Shown here: positions 1-10,392 of the stretch, piece after piece | Layout: the number at the start of each line of letters is the position of its first letter | Position numbering within the stretch: the first letter of the stretch is position 1 | NCBI GenBank assembly: GCA_002269645.1 | Contig: NIVC01001318.1 | Span: 1-26,792 of the forward strand | Direction of reading: 5' to 3' | DNA from: Macrostomum lignano | Lineage: Eukaryota | DNA: 26,792 nucleotides | The notes under the pieces: model-generated | What the model saw: only the letters and a program-made list of their open reading frames with translations | Databases searched by the model: none | What the model was told of the DNA's origin: nothing | Position numbers and translations under genes: made by a program

Positions 1-13
1 AGGTTAGGCAAAA

Positions 14-83
14 ATGATGATATTACTGGTCCGTGTTTCTGAGCCACCCGTATTGCGGTGCTGCTGATAACTACCAGATCTGA
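14..83 (+). ncRNA. SNORD18: Box C/D snoRNA U18, diverged copy 1
   Basis: Box C ATGATGA at 14-20, guide TGGTCCGTGTTT at 27-38, D' box CTGA at 39-42, C'-like TGCTGA at 62-67, box D CTGA at 80-83, terminal stem AGGCA(6-10)/TGCCT(85-89). The guide is the reverse complement of the conserved LSU rRNA segment AAACACGGACCA, the known U18 target (yeast 25S Am649 and the equivalent vertebrate 28S site). The D'+5 rule lands on that A. Confidence 0.93.
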
Positions 84-138
84 ATGCCTTTGAGGATGCG
101 TCTATTTATATTAGACATTATTAGATCCATATACAGCA

Positions 139-212
139 ATGATGAGATTTCTGGTCCGTGTTTCTGATTACCAATTTTAAACGGTAATGCTGTTACTTTT
201 TACCAGAACTGA
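139..212 (+). ncRNA. SNORD18: Box C/D snoRNA U18, diverged copy 2
   Basis: Box C at 139-145, same guide plus D' CTGA (164-167), internal hairpin TTACC/GGTAA, box D at 209-212, 6-bp terminal stem ACAGCA(133-138)/TGCTGT(214-219). Confidence 0.93.
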
Positions 213-252
213 ATGCTGTTTAAATTAGTCTCAAAACCTGAAATAATTAACA

Positions 253-3200
253 ATGATGAGATTTCTGGTCCGTGTTTCTGATTACCCATTCAAGCGGTAA
301 TGCTGTTACTTTTTACCAGAACTGAATGCCAATTTATCCAAGTTTATAATAGTAGAAGTTTAAATTAAAGGTAGGTAAATCAGGAGTTAGATGTTGATAA
401 CAATCAATGATGAGATTTCTGGTCCGTGTTTCTGATTACCCATTCAAGCGGTAATGCTGTTACTTTTTACCAGAACTGAATGCCAATTTATCCAAGTTTA
501 TAATAGTAGAAGTTTAAATTAAAGGTAGGTAAATCAGGAGTTAGATGTTGATAACAATCAATGATGAGATTTCTGGTCCGTGTTTCTGATTACCCATTCA
601 AGCGGTAATGCTGTTACTTTTTACCAGAACTGAATGCCAATTTATCCAAGTTTATAATAGTAGAAGTTTAAATTAAAGGTAGGTAAATCAGGAGTTAGAT
701 GTTGATAACAATCAATGATGAGATTTCTGGTCCGTGTTTCTGATTACCCATTCAAGCGGTAATGCTGTTACTTTTTACCAGAACTGAATGCCAATTTATC
801 CAAGTTTATAATAGTAGAAGTTTAAATTAAAGGTAGGTAAATCAGGAGTTAGATGTTGATAACAATCAATGATGAGATTTCTGGTCCGTGTTTCTGATTA
901 CCCATTCAAGCGGTAATGCTGTTACTTTTTACCAGAACTGAATGCCAATTTATCCAAGTTTATAATAGTAGAAGTTTAAATTAAAGGTAGGTAAATCAGG
1001 AGTTAGATGTTGATAACAATCAATGATGAGATTTCTGGTCCGTGTTTCTGATTACCCATTCAAGCGGTAATGCTGTTACTTTTTACCAGAACTGAATGCC
1101 AATTTATCCAAGTTTATAATAGTAGAAGTTTAAATTAAAGGTAGGTAAATCAGGAGTTAGATGTTGATAACAATCAATGATGAGATTTCTGGTCCGTGTT
1201 TCTGATTACCCATTCAAGCGGTAATGCTGTTACTTTTTACCAGAACTGAATGCCAATTTATCCAAGTTTATAATAGTAGAAGTTTAAATTAAAGGTAGGT
1301 AAATCAGGAGTTAGATGTTGATAACAATCAATGATGAGATTTCTGGTCCGTGTTTCTGATTACCCATTCAAGCGGTAATGCTGTTACTTTTTACCAGAAC
1401 TGAATGCCAATTTATCCAAGTTTATAATAGTAGAAGTTTAAATTAAAGGTAGGTAAATCAGGAGTTAGATGTTGATAACAATCAATGATGAGATTTCTGG
1501 TCCGTGTTTCTGATTACCCATTCAAGCGGTAATGCTGTTACTTTTTACCAGAACTGAATGCCAATTTATCCAAGTTTATAATAGTAGAAGTTTAAATTAA
1601 AGGTAGGTAAATCAGGAGTTAGATGTTGATAACAATCAATGATGAGATTTCTGGTCCGTGTTTCTGATTACCCATTCAAGCGGTAATGCTGTTACTTTTT
1701 ACCAGAACTGAATGCCAATTTATCCAAGTTTATAATAGTAGAAGTTTAAATTAAAGGTAGGTAAATCAGGAGTTAGATGTTGATAACAATCAATGATGAG
1801 ATTTCTGGTCCGTGTTTCTGATTACCCATTCAAGCGGTAATGCTGTTACTTTTTACCAGAACTGAATGCCAATTTATCCAAGTTTATAATAGTAGAAGTT
1901 TAAATTAAAGGTAGGTAAATCAGGAGTTAGATGTTGATAACAATCAATGATGAGATTTCTGGTCCGTGTTTCTGATTACCCATTCAAGCGGTAATGCTGT
2001 TACTTTTTACCAGAACTGAATGCCAATTTATCCAAGTTTATAATAGTAGAAGTTTAAATTAAAGGTAGGTAAATCAGGAGTTAGATGTTGATAACAATCA
2101 ATGATGAGATTTCTGGTCCGTGTTTCTGATTACCCATTCAAGCGGTAATGCTGTTACTTTTTACCAGAACTGAATGCCAATTTATCCAAGTTTATAATAG
2201 TAGAAGTTTAAATTAAAGGTAGGTAAATCAGGAGTTAGATGTTGATAACAATCAATGATGAGATTTCTGGTCCGTGTTTCTGATTACCCATTCAAGCGGT
2301 AATGCTGTTACTTTTTACCAGAACTGAATGCCAATTTATCCAAGTTTATAATAGTAGAAGTTTAAATTAAAGGTAGGTAAATCAGGAGTTAGATGTTGAT
2401 AACAATCAATGATGAGATTTCTGGTCCGTGTTTCTGATTACCCATTCAAGCGGTAATGCTGTTACTTTTTACCAGAACTGAATGCCAATTTATCCAAGTT
2501 TATAATAGTAGAAGTTTAAATTAAAGGTAGGTAAATCAGGAGTTAGATGTTGATAACAATCAATGATGAGATTTCTGGTCCGTGTTTCTGATTACCCATT
2601 CAAGCGGTAATGCTGTTACTTTTTACCAGAACTGAATGCCAATTTATCCAAGTTTATAATAGTAGAAGTTTAAATTAAAGGTAGGTAAATCAGGAGTTAG
2701 ATGTTGATAACAATCAATGATGAGATTTCTGGTCCGTGTTTCTGATTACCCATTCAAGCGGTAATGCTGTTACTTTTTACCAGAACTGAATGCCAATTTA
2801 TCCAAGTTTATAATAGTAGAAGTTTAAATTAAAGGTAGGTAAATCAGGAGTTAGATGTTGATAACAATCAATGATGAGATTTCTGGTCCGTGTTTCTGAT
2901 TACCCATTCAAGCGGTAATGCTGTTACTTTTTACCAGAACTGAATGCCAATTTATCCAAGTTTATAATAGTAGAAGTTTAAATTAAAGGTAGGTAAATCA
3001 GGAGTTAGATGTTGATAACAATCAATGATGAGATTTCTGGTCCGTGTTTCTGATTACCCATTCAAGCGGTAATGCTGTTACTTTTTACCAGAACTGAATG
3101 CCAATTTATCCAAGTTTATAATAGTAGAAGTTTAAATTAAAGGTAGGTAAATCAGGAGTTAGATGTTGATAACAATCAATGATGAGATTTCTGGTCCGTG

Positions 3201-6200
3201 TTTCTGATTACCCATTCAAGCGGTAATGCTGTTACTTTTTACCAGAACTGAATGCCAATTTATCCAAGTTTATAATAGTAGAAGTTTAAATTAAAGGTAG
3301 GTAAATCAGGAGTTAGATGTTGATAACAATCAATGATGAGATTTCTGGTCCGTGTTTCTGATTACCCATTCAAGCGGTAATGCTGTTACTTTTTACCAGA
3401 ACTGAATGCCAATTTATCCAAGTTTATAATAGTAGAAGTTTAAATTAAAGGTAGGTAAATCAGGAGTTAGATGTTGATAACAATCAATGATGAGATTTCT
3501 GGTCCGTGTTTCTGATTACCCATTCAAGCGGTAATGCTGTTACTTTTTACCAGAACTGAATGCCAATTTATCCAAGTTTATAATAGTAGAAGTTTAAATT
3601 AAAGGTAGGTAAATCAGGAGTTAGATGTTGATAACAATCAATGATGAGATTTCTGGTCCGTGTTTCTGATTACCCATTCAAGCGGTAATGCTGTTACTTT
3701 TTACCAGAACTGAATGCCAATTTATCCAAGTTTATAATAGTAGAAGTTTAAATTAAAGGTAGGTAAATCAGGAGTTAGATGTTGATAACAATCAATGATG
3801 AGATTTCTGGTCCGTGTTTCTGATTACCCATTCAAGCGGTAATGCTGTTACTTTTTACCAGAACTGAATGCCAATTTATCCAAGTTTATAATAGTAGAAG
3901 TTTAAATTAAAGGTAGGTAAATCAGGAGTTAGATGTTGATAACAATCAATGATGAGATTTCTGGTCCGTGTTTCTGATTACCCATTCAAGCGGTAATGCT
4001 GTTACTTTTTACCAGAACTGAATGCCAATTTATCCAAGTTTATAATAGTAGAAGTTTAAATTAAAGGTAGGTAAATCAGGAGTTAGATGTTGATAACAAT
4101 CAATGATGAGATTTCTGGTCCGTGTTTCTGATTACCCATTCAAGCGGTAATGCTGTTACTTTTTACCAGAACTGAATGCCAATTTATCCAAGTTTATAAT
4201 AGTAGAAGTTTAAATTAAAGGTAGGTAAATCAGGAGTTAGATGTTGATAACAATCAATGATGAGATTTCTGGTCCGTGTTTCTGATTACCCATTCAAGCG
4301 GTAATGCTGTTACTTTTTACCAGAACTGAATGCCAATTTATCCAAGTTTATAATAGTAGAAGTTTAAATTAAAGGTAGGTAAATCAGGAGTTAGATGTTG
4401 ATAACAATCAATGATGAGATTTCTGGTCCGTGTTTCTGATTACCCATTCAAGCGGTAATGCTGTTACTTTTTACCAGAACTGAATGCCAATTTATCCAAG
4501 TTTATAATAGTAGAAGTTTAAATTAAAGGTAGGTAAATCAGGAGTTAGATGTTGATAACAATCAATGATGAGATTTCTGGTCCGTGTTTCTGATTACCCA
4601 TTCAAGCGGTAATGCTGTTACTTTTTACCAGAACTGAATGCCAATTTATCCAAGTTTATAATAGTAGAAGTTTAAATTAAAGGTAGGTAAATCAGGAGTT
4701 AGATGTTGATAACAATCAATGATGAGATTTCTGGTCCGTGTTTCTGATTACCCATTCAAGCGGTAATGCTGTTACTTTTTACCAGAACTGAATGCCAATT
4801 TATCCAAGTTTATAATAGTAGAAGTTTAAATTAAAGGTAGGTAAATCAGGAGTTAGATGTTGATAACAATCAATGATGAGATTTCTGGTCCGTGTTTCTG
4901 ATTACCCATTCAAGCGGTAATGCTGTTACTTTTTACCAGAACTGAATGCCAATTTATCCAAGTTTATAATAGTAGAAGTTTAAATTAAAGGTAGGTAAAT
5001 CAGGAGTTAGATGTTGATAACAATCAATGATGAGATTTCTGGTCCGTGTTTCTGATTACCCATTCAAGCGGTAATGCTGTTACTTTTTACCAGAACTGAA
5101 TGCCAATTTATCCAAGTTTATAATAGTAGAAGTTTAAATTAAAGGTAGGTAAATCAGGAGTTAGATGTTGATAACAATCAATGATGAGATTTCTGGTCCG
5201 TGTTTCTGATTACCCATTCAAGCGGTAATGCTGTTACTTTTTACCAGAACTGAATGCCAATTTATCCAAGTTTATAATAGTAGAAGTTTAAATTAAAGGT
5301 AGGTAAATCAGGAGTTAGATGTTGATAACAATCAATGATGAGATTTCTGGTCCGTGTTTCTGATTACCCATTCAAGCGGTAATGCTGTTACTTTTTACCA
5401 GAACTGAATGCCAATTTATCCAAGTTTATAATAGTAGAAGTTTAAATTAAAGGTAGGTAAATCAGGAGTTAGATGTTGATAACAATCAATGATGAGATTT
5501 CTGGTCCGTGTTTCTGATTACCCATTCAAGCGGTAATGCTGTTACTTTTTACCAGAACTGAATGCCAATTTATCCAAGTTTATAATAGTAGAAGTTTAAA
5601 TTAAAGGTAGGTAAATCAGGAGTTAGATGTTGATAACAATCAATGATGAGATTTCTGGTCCGTGTTTCTGATTACCCATTCAAGCGGTAATGCTGTTACT
5701 TTTTACCAGAACTGAATGCCAATTTATCCAAGTTTATAATAGTAGAAGTTTAAATTAAAGGTAGGTAAATCAGGAGTTAGATGTTGATAACAATCAATGA
5801 TGAGATTTCTGGTCCGTGTTTCTGATTACCCATTCAAGCGGTAATGCTGTTACTTTTTACCAGAACTGAATGCCAATTTATCCAAGTTTATAATAGTAGA
5901 AGTTTAAATTAAAGGTAGGTAAATCAGGAGTTAGATGTTGATAACAATCAATGATGAGATTTCTGGTCCGTGTTTCTGATTACCCATTCAAGCGGTAATG
6001 CTGTTACTTTTTACCAGAACTGAATGCCAATTTATCCAAGTTTATAATAGTAGAAGTTTAAATTAAAGGTAGGTAAATCAGGAGTTAGATGTTGATAACA
6101 ATCAATGATGAGATTTCTGGTCCGTGTTTCTGATTACCCATTCAAGCGGTAATGCTGTTACTTTTTACCAGAACTGAATGCCAATTTATCCAAGTTTATA

Positions 6201-7871
6201 ATAGTAGAAGTTTAAATTAAAGGTAGGTAAATCAGGAGTTAGATGTTGATAACAATCAATGATGAGATTTCTGGTCCGTGTTTCTGATTACCCATTCAAG
6301 CGGTAATGCTGTTACTTTTTACCAGAACTGAATGCCAATTTATCCAAGTTTATAATAGTAGAAGTTTAAATTAAAGGTAGGTAAATCAGGAGTTAGATGT
6401 TGATAACAATCAATGATGAGATTTCTGGTCCGTGTTTCTGATTACCCATTCAAGCGGTAATGCTGTTACTTTTTACCAGAACTGAATGCCAATTTATCCA
6501 AGTTTATAATAGTAGAAGTTTAAATTAAAGGTAGGTAAATCAGGAGTTAGATGTTGATAACAATCAATGATGAGATTTCTGGTCCGTGTTTCTGATTACC
6601 CATTCAAGCGGTAATGCTGTTACTTTTTACCAGAACTGAATGCCAATTTATCCAAGTTTATAATAGTAGAAGTTTAAATTAAAGGTAGGTAAATCAGGAG
6701 TTAGATGTTGATAACAATCAATGATGAGATTTCTGGTCCGTGTTTCTGATTACCCATTCAAGCGGTAATGCTGTTACTTTTTACCAGAACTGAATGCCAA
6801 TTTATCCAAGTTTATAATAGTAGAAGTTTAAATTAAAGGTAGGTAAATCAGGAGTTAGATGTTGATAACAATCAATGATGAGATTTCTGGTCCGTGTTTC
6901 TGATTACCCATTCAAGCGGTAATGCTGTTACTTTTTACCAGAACTGAATGCCAATTTATCCAAGTTTATAATAGTAGAAGTTTAAATTAAAGGTAGGTAA
7001 ATCAGGAGTTAGATGTTGATAACAATCAATGATGAGATTTCTGGTCCGTGTTTCTGATTACCCATTCAAGCGGTAATGCTGTTACTTTTTACCAGAACTG
7101 AATGCCAATTTATCCAAGTTTATAATAGTAGAAGTTTAAATTAAAGGTAGGTAAATCAGGAGTTAGATGTTGATAACAATCAATGATGAGATTTCTGGTC
7201 CGTGTTTCTGATTACCCATTCAAGCGGTAATGCTGTTACTTTTTACCAGAACTGAATGCCAATTTATCCAAGTTTATAATAGTAGAAGTTTAAATTAAAG
7301 GTAGGTAAATCAGGAGTTAGATGTTGATAACAATCAATGATGAGATTTCTGGTCCGTGTTTCTGATTACCCATTCAAGCGGTAATGCTGTTACTTTTTAC
7401 CAGAACTGAATGCCAATTTATCCAAGTTTATAATAGTAGAAGTTTAAATTAAAGGTAGGTAAATCAGGAGTTAGATGTTGATAACAATCAATGATGAGAT
7501 TTCTGGTCCGTGTTTCTGATTACCCATTCAAGCGGTAATGCTGTTACTTTTTACCAGAACTGAATGCCAATTTATCCAAGTTTATAATAGTAGAAGTTTA
7601 AATTAAAGGTAGGTAAATCAGGAGTTAGATGTTGATAACAATCAATGATGAGATTTCTGGTCCGTGTTTCTGATTACCCATTCAAGCGGTAATGCTGTTA
7701 CTTTTTACCAGAACTGAATGCCAATTTATCCAAGTTTATAATAGTAGAAGTTTAAATTAAAGGTAGGTAAATCAGGAGTTAGATGTTGATAACAATCAAT
7801 GATGAGATTTCTGGTCCGTGTTTCTGATTACCCATTCAAGCGGTAATGCTGTTACTTTTTACCAGAACTGA
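253..7871 (+). ncRNA. SNORD18: Tandem array of 50 U18 box C/D snoRNA copies (73 nt from box C to box D each)
   Basis: Each unit reads ATGATGA-gatttc-TGGTCCGTGTTT-CTGA-ttacc..ggtaa-TGCTGT-..accagaa-CTGA. Box C starts at 253, 407, 561 ... 7799; (7799-253)/154 = 49, giving 50 copies. The last box D ends at 7871. Confidence 0.92.
253..7871 (+). repeat. Perfect 154-bp tandem repeat (73-nt snoRNA + 81-nt AT-rich spacer), 49.5 units
   Basis: Exact 154-bp period with no net indel. Sequence at position n matches position n+4620 (30 units) where compared. I saw no variant unit by eye. Confidence 0.98.
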
Positions 7872-7964
7872 AATTACTTAGTCTATGAAAGTTGAGTTTA
7901 TTGATTAATTAAGGCAGGTGTTTTTATACTGTTAATATCGTTAATGCATGCTTAAGCTGACAAC

Positions 7965-8201
7965 ATGACCAACACCAAGGGTATTCGCCGCGGCACGCGG
8001 TACATGTTTGCCAGGGATTTCCGACGCCGCGGTGCCCTCCCCCTGTCCACCTACATGCGGGTGTTTAAACGCGGTGATATTGTCGATATTAAAGGCAACG
8101 GCAGCATACAGAAAGGTATGCCGTATAAAACCTATCACGGCAAAACTGGCCGCGTGTACAATGTCACACCACACGCTGTCGGTGTGATTGTTAATAAGCA
8201 G
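7965..8201 (+). CDS. RPL21: 60S ribosomal protein L21 (eL21), first coding exon (aa 1-79)
   Basis: [19 protein letters not shown]...[32 protein letters not shown]...NKQ is the classic eL21 sequence. Donor CAG|GTAAGT at 8201/8202. Probable upstream acceptor cttaag| at 7956, 8 nt before the ATG. Confidence 0.98.
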
Positions 8202-8284
8202 GTAAGTTCGCGTAAAATTTATACAGAATCCTGAATTTTAAAACTCCTGACCACTTGTAGTCACCCTGCAATGACTGTCAGTCC

Positions 8285-8645
8285 TGTCACTTACCTGTCA
8301 TTTGTGTGACTCACCTGTCATTTGAGTGACACCTGTTATCTTTGTGACTCACCTGTTATTTGAGTGACTCATCTGTAATTTGAGTGACTCACCTGTTATT
8401 TGAGTGACTCATCTGTCATTTGAGTGACTCACCTGTCATTTGAGTGACTCGCCTGTCATTTGAGTGACACCTGTCATCTGAGTGACTCATCTGTCATCTT
8501 AGTGACTCACCTGTAATTTGAGTGACACCTGTCATCTGAGTGACTCATCTGTCATCTGAGTGACTCACCTGTCATCTGAGTGACTCACCTGTTATTTAAG
8601 TGACTCACCTGTTTTTTGAGTTACACCTGTCATCTGAATGACACA
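8285..8645 (+). repeat. ~20-bp minisatellite (CACCTGTCATTTGAGTGACT), ~18 copies, in the RPL21 intron
   Basis: Directly visible 18-20-bp tandem variants. Confidence 0.95.
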
Positions 8646-8679
8646 TAACGATCGCCTCACCACCCCACAAATTCACCAG

Positions 8680-8925
8680 GTGCGCAACCGCGTGATCCCC
8701 AAACGGATCAACGTCCGCATCGAGCACGTGAATCCCAGCAAGTGCCGACTGGACTTTCTTCGCCGCGTCAAAGAGAACGACATCAAGCGACGCGAGGCCA
8801 AAGCCGCTGGCAAGAAAATCTCCCTGAAGCGTCGGCCGCAGGGTCCGAGGCGCGCCACCATTGTGAAGACTAAGAAGAACAAGCCCCAGCTGCTGGAGCC
8901 GCTGCCCTACGAGCTGATCGCTTAG
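8680..8925 (+). CDS. RPL21: 60S ribosomal protein L21, last coding exon (aa 80-160)
   Basis: Acceptor caccag| at 8679, phase 0. VRNRVIPKRINVRIEHVNPSKCRLDFLRRVKEND...PLPYELIA*. The spliced total is 160 aa, the usual eL21 length. Confidence 0.98.
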   Translation: MRNRVIPKRINVRIEHVNPSKCRLDFLRRVKENDIKRREAKAAGKKISLKRRPQGPRRATIVKTKKNKPQLLEPLPYELIA

Positions 8926-9013
8926 GCATTAAAAGGGGCCTGCGTAATTCTATACAATATTACATCTGGACTCGAGTAATGGGCAAATGAATTTTCAATT
9001 CCGAGAATTATGA

Positions 9014-9019
9014 AATAAA
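9014..9019 (+). terminator. Probable RPL21 polyadenylation signal
   Basis: AATAAA 89 nt after the stop, followed by a GU-rich tract (tgtggttgtgttgttgttgttgg, ~9031-9053). Confidence 0.7.
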
Positions 9020-9159
9020 AAACACCGGCCTGTGGTTGTGTTGTTGTTGTTGGACAACTAAAGCTCTATTGGATGAAAGATTTGCGTTGGTGTTGTGTTG
9101 CTTCTTTTTGATGATAATATAATTAGCTTTTTCTAATTTTCGGCTTGTTAGGCTTGCAA

Positions 9160-9525
9160 TGTACAGCCTCCCAGATCCTCAGTTTCTGGGTCAGCCTCCC
9201 AGATCCTCAGTTGTTGGGCCACCAGCCTCCCAGATCCTCAGTTTTTGGGCCACAACTCCCCCCCAGATCCTCAGTTGTTGGGCCACCCCCCCCCCAGATC
9301 CTCAGTTGTTGGGCCACCAGCCTCCCAGATCCCCTGTTGCTGGGCCATCCAGCCTCCCAGATCCCCACTTGCTGGGCCAGCCTCCCAGATCCTCTGTTGC
9401 TGTGCCACCACTGCCTCCCAGCTCCTCAGTTGCTGGGCCAGCCTCCCGGATCCTCAGTTGCTGGGGGCCGGCCTCCCAGATCCTCAGTTGCTGGGCCAGC
9501 CTCCCAGATCCCCAGTTGCTAGGGC
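9160..9525 (+). repeat. ~28-32-bp minisatellite (GGGCCAGCCTCCCAGATCCTCAGTTGCT), ~12 copies
   Basis: Tandem variants visible. They account for the repetitive ORFs 9145-9522 and 9159-9671 and the N-terminus of 9245-10336. Confidence 0.95.
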
Positions 9526-9595
9526 ATTGTCACCCAGTACTCAGACTCAACTGCGTGTTACCATCACCATTCATGCCAATTGGACAACCAACACA

Positions 9596-10332
9596 ATGGC
9601 AACCGCTGTGCTACCTCCGCCGCCCTCAATGCCGGATCCGAACTCCTCTGGCGGCAGCTTCAGTCCTCTAACTCTGTTCGAATGCACCATGACCAATGCC
9701 GGTATGCTGGTGGACAGTATGCCAGTTAGGGACCTGGTCTCGGCCCTACGCATCATTGGCACTCTGCACACTCACGTTGTCAACATCATGGACCCTGGCG
9801 TGGCCAGCGTGTGCGACCTGGCCGATCAGTTCAACTCTCACCGGATTAAATGCCCCGCTGCCGCTGCCGAGACCGCCGCCGCCTCAGCTGCCGCCGCCGG
9901 CGAGGCCGAGCAGTCGCCAACTGCCAACTCCTCACTAGACGAAGGCGGCAACGCTAAGAAACGCTTGAAACTGGACGATAATTCTATGGCCTCATCGTTA
10001 AACGATCAGAATTCTACGGATAACAATCAGACACTTAATAACACCGCTTCTGCTGCTGTCAATGTCAAGTCCGAATCTGTTGCCGAATCTGATGATGATT
10101 GTTGTATCCTTGACGACGGCGGCTTAGGCCTGATTGGTTCCGACTTTTACACCAGCATGCAGCAGCAGCAACATCAGCCTCGCAATCCGCAGATATCCTC
10201 AGCAGCTTCAGCATCTGCCGCTCCACCCTATGGCGGTCCCGTGCAAGATTCGGCAGCTATGAAGCAGATTTTACGCAACACCTACAAAGCTATGCGAGCT
10301 GGCGGTCCGCACCTATACGATTTTAATAGGCC
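9596..10332 (+). CDS. Uncharacterised, probably nuclear protein, exon A
   Basis: acaATGG start after the minisatellite; open frame with gene-like codon use. Contains NLS-like KKRLKLD, SUMO-consensus VKSE, acidic-hydrophobic DDDCCILDD and poly-A/Q tracts. Donor CC|GTGAGA at 10332/10333 is phase-compatible with the next exon. Confidence 0.75.
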
Positions 10333-10392
10333 GTGAGAGATTCATCTGTGTATTCTCTTAATTTTCTACTGGGTTTGTTAAATATGACAGAT

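Noticed and set aside
253-7871. CRISPR-like or other repeat-spacer array
   Set aside because: The spacers are identical, the context is eukaryotic with spliceosomal introns, and there are no cas genes.
253-7871. 5S rRNA, tRNA or spliced-leader RNA tandem array
   Set aside because: No 5S or tRNA sequence or fold. The unit has GT dinucleotides and a T run but not a convincing SL exon/donor/Sm-site layout, whereas the C/D boxes and the U18 guide match exactly.
7941-8174. Minus-strand ORFs overlapping RPL21, the transposase, TMEM209 and SLC6 exons
   Set aside because: Antisense shadows of real coding sequence with no recognisable motifs.
8285-8645. AP-1 (TGACTCA) and E-box (CACCTG) motifs in the RPL21 intron repeat
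   Set aside because: Short motifs multiplied by tandem duplication, with no independent sign of function.
9145-9595. Repetitive Pro-rich ORFs and the N-terminal 117 aa of ORF 9245-10336
   Set aside because: These are translations of the minisatellite; the plausible start is ATG 9596.
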